A DNA stretch of 64,000 nt from Nitrospirota bacterium (GCA_049323875.1 JBMOLW010000050.1:9643-73642), one strand, 5' to 3'. Positions 19,515 to 28,347 are shown, counted from the first letter of the stretch. The notes: generated by a model not told the origin, from the sequence alone. Program-made: numbers and translations.

Positions 19515-20508
19515 ACTGAGAAAGGACATCCTGCTTGGGGGATGGATTGCCGTGCTCTCAGATTCAATCGCACCGTCTGAATATTCAGGCACGTATGCCC
19601 GGTCGGAAGAGCTATCATGCCTCCTCTGTCCTGAACGGGAAAGTGAAACGCCTCCTGAAATTACCTCCATCAAAAAACCCGGTTCAAAGGGGTGGTGGGT
19701 CCGCGCCATCCCGAGTTTCAAGCCGGTTTTCCAGGTAGAGGGAGATTTAGGAAGGCGGGGAATAGGGATCTATGATAAAATGAACAGCGTCGGTGCAAAT
19801 GAAATCCTTGTAGAATCACCTGATCATTCGGTGAGACCGGAAGACATGGGTCCTGAGCAGATGATTCGCATCATTACCCTGTACAGGAACAGAATTTCCG
19901 ATCTTGAAAAGGATTCACGGCTGCGCTATATTTTAATATACAAAAATTCAGGCCGGGAAGCAGGGGCAACATTCTCGCATCCGCATTCCCTGCTGATGGC
20001 TACCCCGGTCATCCCGAAAAGAGTAAAGGATGAACTTGACAATGCAAAGCAGTATTATGCATATAAGGAACGGTGTGTCTTTTGTGATATTATCGGAGAT
20101 GAACTCGGGTTTGGTGAACGGGTAATTTTTGAATCAAAACATTTTGTTGCATTTTGTCCCTATGCAGCTCAATTCCCGTTCGAATGCTGGATAATCCCGA
20201 AAAGACACTCATGCGCCTTCCAGGAAATACTTGGAGAAGAGATTGAAGACCTTGGATTCATGGTCATGGTGATACTGAAAAAATTGCGGAAAACTCTGGA
20301 TAATCCACCGTTCAATTACTTTATTCATACTGCGCCGAACATGGTGCCAAGGAGAAACCACTGGCATACACTCGGTGAAGATTTTCACTGGCATATAGAA
20401 ATAATGCCGCGGCTAACAAGAACAAGCGGATTTGAATGGGGCTCAGGATTCTTTATCCTGCCTACATCACCGGAAAATGCAGCAAAATATCTAAGGGAGG
20501 TTGGATGA
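19507..20508 (+). CDS. galactose-1-phosphate uridylyltransferase-like (GalT/HIT family) nucleotidyltransferase
   Basis: 333 aa with CVFCD zinc motif and FSHPHSLL (HxH) active-site motif. 8-nt overlap with coaX. Confidence 0.8.
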   Translation: MHELRKDILLGGWIAVLSDSIAPSEYSGTYARSEELSCLLCPERESETPPEITSIKKPGSKGWWVRAIPSFKPVFQVEGDLGRRGIGIYDKMNSVGANEILVESPDHSVRPEDMGPEQMIRIITLYRNRISDLEKDSRLRYILIYKNSGREAGATFSHPHSLLMATPVIPKRVKDELDNAKQYYAYKERCVFCDIIGDELGFGERVIFESKHFVAFCPYAAQFPFECWIIPKRHSCAFQEILGEEIEDLGFMVMVILKKLRKTLDNPPFNYFIHTAPNMVPRRNHWHTLGEDFHWHIEIMPRLTRTSGFEWGSGFFILPTSPENAAKYLREVG

Positions 20509-20954
20509 TGGAAATTAAAAGTATTCTTTTTCCGACAGACTTTTCTGAGGGGTCAGCACAGGCGTTGAAGTATGCGGTTGAAATGGCAAAGAGGTTCGGA
20601 TCAAAGTTGTATGTCGTCCATGTTATTTATGACGTTGCAAAAGCTTCAGGTTGGTATGTTCCCCATGTATCAGTCGACCAGATGTACAAAGATATCCAGG
20701 AAGGAGCAAAGAAGGAACTGGAACGGTTCGGGGTTGAGGAACTGAGCGGCTTCAAGGATATTGAACGCTCTGTGGTTACCGGAGTTCCCCACGAAGAAAT
20801 CATGAAACTGGCGACAGAGAAAAAGGTTGACATGATTATCATGGGCACTCATGGAAGAAAAGGTCTTGACAGGATACTCTTCGGGAGCACCGCAGCGCAG
20901 GTCGTCCGTTACGCTCCGTGTCCGGTATTGACCGTGAGGCTCCCTCAGTACTAG
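20505..20954 (+). CDS. universal stress protein (UspA family)
   Basis: MMEIKSILFPTDFSEGS N-terminus and ATP motif MGTHGRKGLDRILFGSTA. The ATG at 20505 overlaps the preceding TGA. Confidence 0.85.
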   Translation: MMEIKSILFPTDFSEGSAQALKYAVEMAKRFGSKLYVVHVIYDVAKASGWYVPHVSVDQMYKDIQEGAKKELERFGVEELSGFKDIERSVVTGVPHEEIMKLATEKKVDMIIMGTHGRKGLDRILFGSTAAQVVRYAPCPVLTVRLPQY

Positions 20955-20965
20955 GGTCGTGCAGT

Positions 20966-21472
20966 ATGCGCTTGTACCTCTCTGAGAACGCGTTTATTGA
21001 TCTCCTCCTCAGCTCAGCAGAGGTATACAAGAGAGAGTGTTTCGGCTTTCTTCTCGGGTATAGGCTCGAAGACCGTTTCATTGTCGAACACGCCTTCAGC
21101 ATTCAGACTGCGAACCGGAAACACCGGGCTGTAACATACAACCGGAAAAACCACCGGAAGATCGAACCGATACTGGCGAAATTTGACAAGCTCCAGAAAA
21201 TAGGTGACTTTCATTCTCACACACAATTCGGTTCAGCTAAGGGGCTTCCGATCCCGAGCCAGGAGGATATTCAGAGCATGGTCGAGAATAATATTTACGT
21301 TATCATCGCTATCAACAACAACGAAAAGACCATGTCCTGGGGAGAAAACCGGGACGGGACCATTTCGGGTTCGGTAAGCAACTTTTTCTTTAAAATATCC
21401 GCCCATTATCTGAACAGCACTACGTCAGTGAGAAGGGCTACAATACACTGCCCGTTTCCACCGGGCTTTTGA
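20966..21472 (+). CDS. JAB/MPN (JAMM-like) metalloprotease domain protein
   Basis: About 168 aa from the ATG at 20966. Glu in YKRECFGFLLG, then GDFHSHTQFGSAKGLPIPSQED (HxH...SxxD). The spacer between HxH and SxxD is longer than the canonical 7 residues. Confidence 0.65.
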   Translation: MRLYLSENAFIDLLLSSAEVYKRECFGFLLGYRLEDRFIVEHAFSIQTANRKHRAVTYNRKNHRKIEPILAKFDKLQKIGDFHSHTQFGSAKGLPIPSQEDIQSMVENNIYVIIAINNNEKTMSWGENRDGTISGSVSNFFFKISAHYLNSTTSVRRATIHCPFPPGF

Positions 21473-21623
21473 GAAAAACAGGGACCGGAACGGTCACCGG
21501 ATGTACAAACGGTCAATTTGTTCCTTTGTCTGCAGGAATATATTGGATAGTATACCGTGGAGAGAGAAAAACTGAAATACCTTCTCCGAACGGCTGCCTC
21601 ATCATTTCAGGCGCCTCGCTTCA

Positions 21624-22715
21624 ATGCGGCTGGAGGCTAAAGTCCTTGTCGTGGGCGGTGGACCTGCCGGAGCAACCGCCGCGCAGGTGCTGGCGGCCCA
21701 GGGAACAGAGGTCATCCTGCTCGAACGGAATCTCTCCTTCTCCAAACCATGCGGCGGCGGGTTAAGTCTGAGCGCCTTTCATGAATTACCTATCCCGCCC
21801 TCAACCATTCGGCACGAGATCCGGAGCATCAAGCTCGTCTCACCGGCAGGCGAGCACGTCACCATCGGGCTTGGGGAAAGCAGCATTGCAATCGTCCAGA
21901 GAAAAGAATTCGATGCTGTATTGCGGGATCAAGCCAGAGCCGGGGGAAGCCAGGTCATTGAGGGCGAGTTCCGTGCGATTAGGGGAAATGCCCTTTACCA
22001 GATAGAAGCATGGATCAGGAATGAAAAAACCCGGATAACCGCAGAATACGTCATTGCATCCGACGGGGTAAATTCTCGGGTGAGGAAAGCTCTCGGCTTC
22101 CGTCCGCCGTCCTCGCTCTTTACAGTCTCTGAATACATACCGGGACTTCGGAATGACACCTGTGAATTCTGGTTCGGGGCTTCCCACGCTCCCGGGTATT
22201 ATTCCTGGGTGTTTCCGGCGCATGAGGGAATTTCCCTCGGCACCGGACATCCCTTTCCCGGAGAATTACAAAACCTGTTTGAAAAGTTTAAGATAAGAAG
22301 AGGGATTAGAGACAAAGGGCTCAGAAAAATGTATAGGATCCCCCTCTGGGACGGCAGACTCTATAGCAGCGGCAGAGTCCTTTTCACCGGAGATTCAGCG
22401 GGACAAGTCCTGCCACTCACCTATGAAGGGATATATTATGCGATGATTTCAGGCGCACTTGCGGCACAGGCGATTCTTTCAGGGGAAGCAACCAACTATA
22501 AAAAAATGTGGAAAAAAAGATTTCAGAAGCGATTCGTCCTGATGGACAGACTCAGATCGTATTTTCTGAAGGACGACCCCTCTGCTGAAAGGCTCGTAGC
22601 CCTGCATAAAAGGCCGGAAATCCAGCAGGCCTCCCGGAGTCTCTGGCTGATGAAAGACAGCAGCAAGGAAGCCTTCCTTAGCTATTCAGGATTATTCAGG
22701 AAGCTGTTGCATTGA
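21624..22715 (+). CDS. geranylgeranyl reductase family FAD-dependent oxidoreductase
   Basis: 363 aa with VLVVGGGPAGATAA, KPCGGG and GDSAG motifs. Confidence 0.8.
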   Translation: MRLEAKVLVVGGGPAGATAAQVLAAQGTEVILLERNLSFSKPCGGGLSLSAFHELPIPPSTIRHEIRSIKLVSPAGEHVTIGLGESSIAIVQRKEFDAVLRDQARAGGSQVIEGEFRAIRGNALYQIEAWIRNEKTRITAEYVIASDGVNSRVRKALGFRPPSSLFTVSEYIPGLRNDTCEFWFGASHAPGYYSWVFPAHEGISLGTGHPFPGELQNLFEKFKIRRGIRDKGLRKMYRIPLWDGRLYSSGRVLFTGDSAGQVLPLTYEGIYYAMISGALAAQAILSGEATNYKKMWKKRFQKRFVLMDRLRSYFLKDDPSAERLVALHKRPEIQQASRSLWLMKDSSKEAFLSYSGLFRKLLH

Positions 22716-23524
22716 ATCTGAGACATTTTCTCGTCTATTCATGCATAGTGCATTTCCTTGTCCTTCTCCTTGCCGTATTCCTTCTGCATACCCTGAAAGA
22801 AACAAGGCCCGGGGATGATTTCTTTGCGCGTCTTGTCACACCCGATGAATTCCTGCACCGGGAAATCCCTCCTGCTCCTGCAACCCCTTCCGTCCCCTCT
22901 GTTCCCCACGCTGAACCTTTCCCTTCGGGACCGTCGTCTGCCGCTCCACCCTCTGCACCGCACAAACGTTCGGATATCTCTGACAAAGCAGAGAGACATA
23001 GCCTGCTACCGCCTTCCCAGCCCCTGATCCCTTCCCCGGGAGAACAGAGAGCAGGCCGGCCCGGCACAGGGGGACTACGACAACCTGCACCCCTGCCGGA
23101 AAGATCTCTCAGAGAAAAATTATTTGATACCGGGGTAATCGATCACCTCGCGAAGAAAGAAAAAGACCAAGGAGAGACTGAAAACAAAGACAGGTCTTTC
23201 ACGCTGGACACCACTGAGTACAAGTTCCTGCTCTATAACAAAAAACTGAAGGAAAGGATCGAGAGCATCTGGGTTTACCCGCCCGACGCAGCGGCCCAGG
23301 GAATATACGGGGACCTCGTGATACGCTTTACCATTAAGAAAAACGGACGGCTTGGAGCAATCGAATTGGTCAGGACTTCAGGACATAAAAGTCTCGACGA
23401 TGCTGCGATGAAAGCCCTGAAAGACGGCGAACCTTACTGGCCCCTGCCCGACAACTGGGCCATGGACGCATATACCATACAGGGACACTTTGTGTATACG
23501 CTCTACGGCTTCTATGTCCGTTAA
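22712..23524 (+). CDS. TonB-like energy transducer
   Basis: N-terminal TM, a Pro/Ser-rich linker, and a C-terminal GIYGDLVIRFTIKKNGRLGAIELVRTSGHKSLDDAAMKAL domain. ATGA-type 4-nt overlap with the upstream gene. Confidence 0.75.
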   Translation: MNLRHFLVYSCIVHFLVLLLAVFLLHTLKETRPGDDFFARLVTPDEFLHREIPPAPATPSVPSVPHAEPFPSGPSSAAPPSAPHKRSDISDKAERHSLLPPSQPLIPSPGEQRAGRPGTGGLRQPAPLPERSLREKLFDTGVIDHLAKKEKDQGETENKDRSFTLDTTEYKFLLYNKKLKERIESIWVYPPDAAAQGIYGDLVIRFTIKKNGRLGAIELVRTSGHKSLDDAAMKALKDGEPYWPLPDNWAMDAYTIQGHFVYTLYGFYVR

Positions 23525-23657
23525 GGTATAATGTAACTATATCCTTGTGCCGCGAAGACTGCTGTCGGTTCGATGAAACTGCTTGATAGAAGGTATTTTT
23601 TCCGCCAGCGAGTGGATCTCGGCCGGTATGCTTCTCTGTTTGAGGCAAAAAATACCT

Positions 23658-23876
23658 ATGAAACCCCGACTGTATTTACAGGTAGGCGACATCGTCAGAC
23701 ACAGGAACTTTCGCTCATGGGGCAACGGCGAAGTGATAGAAGAAAAACACTCAACACTGCCGGGTGGACTCTGTCTCGCAAGGGTTCTTTTCGAAGATGG
23801 GGTTGAACGGTCCTTCATTAATAATCTCGACCATGAATGTTGCTGCTATTACTCCGGATTAAGGGTAATCATTTAA
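23658..23876 (+). CDS. small DUF3553-like protein (tentative)
   Basis: 72 aa from the ATG at 23658. LQVGDIVRHRNFRSWGNGEVIEE... resembles my recollection of DUF3553 (GDrVrH..f..WG.G.V). No SD. Confidence 0.4.
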   Translation: MKPRLYLQVGDIVRHRNFRSWGNGEVIEEKHSTLPGGLCLARVLFEDGVERSFINNLDHECCCYYSGLRVII

Positions 23877-23924
23877 GAACAAGGTTAAGTTTTTTTTGTA
23901 ACACTCCATTTTATAATAATTTTC

Positions 23925-23953
23925 TTGACAAATTATTTTTCTGATGGTTAAAT
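23925..23953 (+). promoter_or_regulatory. strong sigma70-like promoter abutting the response-regulator start codon
   Basis: TTGACA (23925..23930), 17 nt, TGgTTAAAT (23945..23953). The ATG at 23961 lies 7 nt after the -10, with no SD. Confidence 0.5.
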
Positions 23954-23960
23954 TTTCCAT

Positions 23961-24965
23961 ATGACTCCTTTCACAAGTCTTATCGAGAAAGAAACGCCGA
24001 AGATTCTTGTCGTCGATGACGTACGGGCTAACCTGGAGCTTCTGGAAGCGGTATTCATGAGAGAAGGCTTTCTGGTACACACAGCCCTCGGTGCACGTGC
24101 TGCACTTGAATTTATTGCAGAAAATCCAGTTGATCTGGCTGTCCTCGATGTCATGATGCCCGGGATGGACGGCTTCGAGTTATGTACAAGACTGAAAAAA
24201 CAATCCGGAAATTTCTTCTTCCCCATCATTCTGCTGACTGCACTGAATGACCGTTCCAGCAAGCTCAAGGGGATTGAATCAGGTGCTGATGATTTTATCA
24301 GCAAGCCTTTCGACAATTCGGAACTGATACTGAAGGCTAAATCACTCCTTAAGCTGAAAGCGCTCCAGGAAGAGCTCGACCACTCGGAAAATATCATCCT
24401 CACCCTTGCAGTAGCAATGGAAGCGCGTGACCCATATACAAAGGGACATTCAACCAGGGTGAGTAAACTGGCAGTGGATTTTGTCGACTTCCTCGGCCTT
24501 CATGACAAGGACAAGGAGGAGATGAAGAAAGCCGGCATTCTCCATGATATAGGCAAGATATGTCTGAGCGAAACCCTGCTCAGAAAGCCTGGGCCTCTTT
24601 CACAGGAAGAAGTGGAAATGATTAAGACCCACGCAATACTCGGCGAGGATTTATGCAGGCCTCTCGTTTCTATGAAGAAAATCCTCCCCGCGATCCGGCA
24701 TCACCATGAAAGATGGGACGGGAGCGGATTCCCTGACGGGCTCGCCGGGGAAGAAATTCCTATCATGGCGCGGATACTTACGATTGTCGACTCTTTCGAT
24801 GCCATGGTCTCCGTGCGTCCCTACCGTGACCGCAGGTCACTGCAGACTGCTCTGAAAACAATGCAGGAGGAAAAGTTTTACGGCCAGTGGGATTCTGAAC
24901 TGCTCGGGTATTTCTTTGACATGATGACCTCGATAACTGTAAAAGGGTACAGGACAGATGCTTAG
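23961..24965 (+). CDS. response regulator with HD-GYP c-di-GMP phosphodiesterase output
   Basis: REC domain (KILVVDDV, VLDVMMPGMDG) plus an HD-GYP domain (GILHDIGKI, HHERWDGSGFPDGL). Confidence 0.9.
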   Translation: MTPFTSLIEKETPKILVVDDVRANLELLEAVFMREGFLVHTALGARAALEFIAENPVDLAVLDVMMPGMDGFELCTRLKKQSGNFFFPIILLTALNDRSSKLKGIESGADDFISKPFDNSELILKAKSLLKLKALQEELDHSENIILTLAVAMEARDPYTKGHSTRVSKLAVDFVDFLGLHDKDKEEMKKAGILHDIGKICLSETLLRKPGPLSQEEVEMIKTHAILGEDLCRPLVSMKKILPAIRHHHERWDGSGFPDGLAGEEIPIMARILTIVDSFDAMVSVRPYRDRRSLQTALKTMQEEKFYGQWDSELLGYFFDMMTSITVKGYRTDA

Positions 24966-27900
24966 ACTGGCAATAGCAGGCGGCAATATAGGTGCCAGCG
25001 CGCTTATTTCCCTGCTCAGGGGGGATGCAAATACGGAACTTACCGGGATTTACGAAAAGAAAGCCGACTCTCCCGGAGTCATCCTTGCTCGAAAATGGAG
25101 CATCCCGGTGTTCGAGGACATTCAGTCGCTTATCGGCTCTGACCCGGAAATGGTCATCAATGTCGCAGGCAACCCAAAACTGAGCGAGGAGATACGGACC
25201 GCCTCATCATACAAAATAGAGGTGATTGAAGGTGTGGGCGCCCGGTTCCTCTGGGAAATCATCGAAAAACAGAAACGGGCAAGGATTGAAGCTGCCAAGA
25301 CAATAGAGAACCAGACAACAGTCCTGGAAGTAATGGCTGAACTGAGTAAACGCGAAACCCTGAATGATCTCCTCGGGCTTGTTCTGGAAAAAGCACTTGA
25401 AATAGCAGAGGCACCTGCGGGCAGTCTGGTCATCCGCGAAGACAGCGAAATGAAACTTGTTGCTGCCAAAGGTCTGAGCAGGCGCTTCACCGAGAACAAA
25501 ATATGGAGCATTATTTCCGGCGGACTGACTGATACAATACTCAGGAGTACAGACATCCTTGCTATTCCGGACACGCTGAAGGTCGACCTTACAAGAAACA
25601 ATCCGGTTTTGATCAGCGAAAAGATACGGTCACTCCTTGCCTGTCCCCTTGTACTCAGGGAAAAAGTTATCGGGATTCTCTATATAGATGATTTTAAACC
25701 GCGCCAATTCTCCACAAGACAACAGGCGTCTCTGAGGCTCCTTACCACCCTGGCAGGTGTCTGTGTGGATAGGTTCAGCCTGATTAAAAAAATCGCGGAT
25801 CTGAATCTCGAAACACTCAAGTTGATAGAAACCTCGAATGACTTTGTCTTCATAACCGACCTCACTGGTCAGATCAGCCTTTGCAATAACCAGGCTGTGG
25901 AATTGCTCGGCTATCCGTCGCACGAATTGACTGCACGGCCGATTCATTCTTTCATGCCCGATAATCAGTGGGCAGCTATCGAGAAAGAACTCGGCAACAA
26001 CGCCCTCCTCAAAGGAGTCCCGGTAACCTTGCAGGGCGCTGGCGGAAAACCGGTCTCTGGATTACTCAATGCCCTCGTGATGAGCGATTCTGAAGGTACT
26101 CCGCTCGGTCTCGTCTTCATGTTCAGGAGTCTGGAGGAAATGAAGAATCTCGAACAGGTCATCAGTGAGCAGGGCCGGGAGATCGCTGATCTGAGGGAAA
26201 ATATCGAGCAGAAGGTCATTGCGCGGACCGGGGAACTCGAAAAGACCAACCGGGAACTGGAATACGCAAACCAGCTGAAAGCCAGATTCATTGCGAATAT
26301 GAGTCATGAATTGCGGACTCCGCTGAATTCAATTCTCGGTTTTTCGGATATTCTTCTCGACAGAACCTTCGGTGATCTTACCGAAAACCAGGACCGGTAT
26401 ATCAGGAACATCTATTCTTCAGGGAAACATCTCCTTGAACTCATTAATAATGTTCTGGATATTGCAAAGATCGAGGCAGGCAAATACGAGATGGTATACG
26501 AGACCTTCCTGGTTGACGATATAATCAACGAAGTAATGAGTGTCATGAAACCGCTCGCAGAAAACAAGTTTATCGAGATATTCGTCACGATGGGAGAAGG
26601 GGTGACAGCCATCACTGCCGATAAAGTCAAACTGAAACAAATCCTCTATAATCTCGTCTCAAATGCGGTCAAATTCACCCCTGACGGAGGAACGGTCAGG
26701 GTAACCGTATCCGAGGACAAAAACCCTGAGAAATGCTTCCCCGGCGAAGCTCAGGATATCGGATGTGTTCAGTTTTCCGTGCAGGATACCGGGATCGGGA
26801 TCGGACCTGAAGACAAAGAACGGATCTTCGACGAATTCGAACAGGCAGGTGCGCTCTTCTCAAAAAAATATGGCGGAGCCGGCCTTGGACTCGCCCTCAC
26901 CAAAAAACTCGTCGAACTGCACGGAGGTACCATCCTCGTGGAGAGCAACCTCGGCGAAGGGAGCACTTTTACGTTCTGGATACCTGTGTCAACGCCTGTT
27001 GCGGGGGCAGTTCCTGCCGAGCACATAGAAGCGGTAAGCCTGAATTTTCCCTGGATGAAAGCAGAAGCCCCTCTCATCCTTGTGGTTGAGGATGATCTTT
27101 CCACTGCGGAACTCCTCACGCTCCATCTCACCCAGGCTGGATATAAGGTGGCTCATGCGTTCAATGGGGAAGAAGCGGTTGAAAAGGCAAGAAAACTTAT
27201 GCCCTTTGCCATAACGCTCGATATTCTGATCCCGAAAAAGGACGGATGGGAAGTTCTCCAGGAGTTGAAAAGCGACCCTGAAACCTCTGAAATTCCGGTC
27301 ATTATCCATTCAATTGTCGATAATAAAGACCTGGCTTTTGCACTCGGGGCAACTGACTATCTCCTGAAGCCGCTCGATAAGGAAGCCCTCTTTGCGAAAC
27401 TCGAAGAACTGACGATCACAAAAGGGAAAAAAGTATTGCCTGCCTCTCTGCTGATCATCGAATCTGAGGAGGAAATCACCAACTATTTCAAACACATCTT
27501 CGAACCGCAGGGTTTCCTCATCTATACGGCAGCGACAGGGCAGCGGGGTATTGAACTTTCTGCGGCTTTGCGGCCTGCCGTTATCCTGCTCGACTTCTCC
27601 ATGCCTGACATGCTCGGTTTTGATGTAATCAACAAGATCAAGGAAAATCCTTCGACAAAGGACGTCCCGATTTTCATCATCACAGAAAGAGATCTGTCTG
27701 TGGAAGACAGGCTTTCGCTCGTCGGGAAAATCGAGAGGATCGTGCAGAAATATGCATTCGATACCAAAGAGCTCATCAATCATATCAAGGAACTGGAAAT
27801 CCTGTATCCCCGGAGGGCCGGTCTCATCGATGACCTTACCGGTGTCTTCAGCCACCGGTATTTCCAGATACGGCTCGCCCAGGAAGTTGAGAGAGCTACC

Positions 27901-28347
27901 CGGTATAAAATACCCCTGAACCTCCTTATTCTCGACATTGATTATTTTGATCAGTACGTGAAAACCCATGGGGAATTCTACGGGAACATGACGCTGAAGA
28001 AAGTTGCAGAACTTCTGACCAAAAATATCAGGGGTTCAGACGTTGTCGTACGATACGGGGGCGACTCCTTCGCCATATTGCTGCCGAATACCGTCATTGC
28101 TGCTGCCCTTTCCATGGGGAACCGTTTCAATGCGATTATAAAAAACTATCCCTTCATTTACGAAGATTCTCAGCCGAAAGGTCATGTCACTGCGAGCATT
28201 GGCCTCACGTTCCTCGACGGCCAGTCGACAGAGGAATTCATACTCTGTGCTGAAAAAGCCCTTGCACGGGCGTTCAGTAAAGGAGGGGACAGGGTTGAAG
28301 TTTACTCAAAGGAGCAGTATGAGAGAGAAGAGGTCGAGCAGTATTGA
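24958..28347 (+). CDS. cytoplasmic hybrid sensor histidine kinase: Rossmann-like N-domain, GAF, PAS, HisKA, HATPase, REC, REC, degenerate GGDEF
   Basis: 1129 aa with no TM segments. H-box MSHELRTPLNSILGFSD, N/G boxes NLVSNAVKFTP, QDTGIGI and GGAGLGLAL, two receivers (TLDILIPKKDG, LLDFSMPDMLG), and a C-terminal DDLTGV...RGSDVVVRYGGDSF. 8-nt overlap with the upstream regulator. Confidence 0.9.
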   Translation: MLRLAIAGGNIGASALISLLRGDANTELTGIYEKKADSPGVILARKWSIPVFEDIQSLIGSDPEMVINVAGNPKLSEEIRTASSYKIEVIEGVGARFLWEIIEKQKRARIEAAKTIENQTTVLEVMAELSKRETLNDLLGLVLEKALEIAEAPAGSLVIREDSEMKLVAAKGLSRRFTENKIWSIISGGLTDTILRSTDILAIPDTLKVDLTRNNPVLISEKIRSLLACPLVLREKVIGILYIDDFKPRQFSTRQQASLRLLTTLAGVCVDRFSLIKKIADLNLETLKLIETSNDFVFITDLTGQISLCNNQAVELLGYPSHELTARPIHSFMPDNQWAAIEKELGNNALLKGVPVTLQGAGGKPVSGLLNALVMSDSEGTPLGLVFMFRSLEEMKNLEQVISEQGREIADLRENIEQKVIARTGELEKTNRELEYANQLKARFIANMSHELRTPLNSILGFSDILLDRTFGDLTENQDRYIRNIYSSGKHLLELINNVLDIAKIEAGKYEMVYETFLVDDIINEVMSVMKPLAENKFIEIFVTMGEGVTAITADKVKLKQILYNLVSNAVKFTPDGGTVRVTVSEDKNPEKCFPGEAQDIGCVQFSVQDTGIGIGPEDKERIFDEFEQAGALFSKKYGGAGLGLALTKKLVELHGGTILVESNLGEGSTFTFWIPVSTPVAGAVPAEHIEAVSLNFPWMKAEAPLILVVEDDLSTAELLTLHLTQAGYKVAHAFNGEEAVEKARKLMPFAITLDILIPKKDGWEVLQELKSDPETSEIPVIIHSIVDNKDLAFALGATDYLLKPLDKEALFAKLEELTITKGKKVLPASLLIIESEEEITNYFKHIFEPQGFLIYTAATGQRGIELSAALRPAVILLDFSMPDMLGFDVINKIKENPSTKDVPIFIITERDLSVEDRLSLVGKIERIVQKYAFDTKELINHIKELEILYPRRAGLIDDLTGVFSHRYFQIRLAQEVERATRYKIPLNLLILDIDYFDQYVKTHGEFYGNMTLKKVAELLTKNIRGSDVVVRYGGDSFAILLPNTVIAAALSMGNRFNAIIKNYPFIYEDSQPKGHVTASIGLTFLDGQSTEEFILCAEKALARAFSKGGDRVEVYSKEQYEREEVEQY

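Noticed and set aside
27310-27969. 219-aa minus-strand ORF inside the hybrid kinase gene
   Set aside because: It is a codon-aligned shadow of a gene whose sense strand encodes recognisable REC and GGDEF domains. It has no independent signals.
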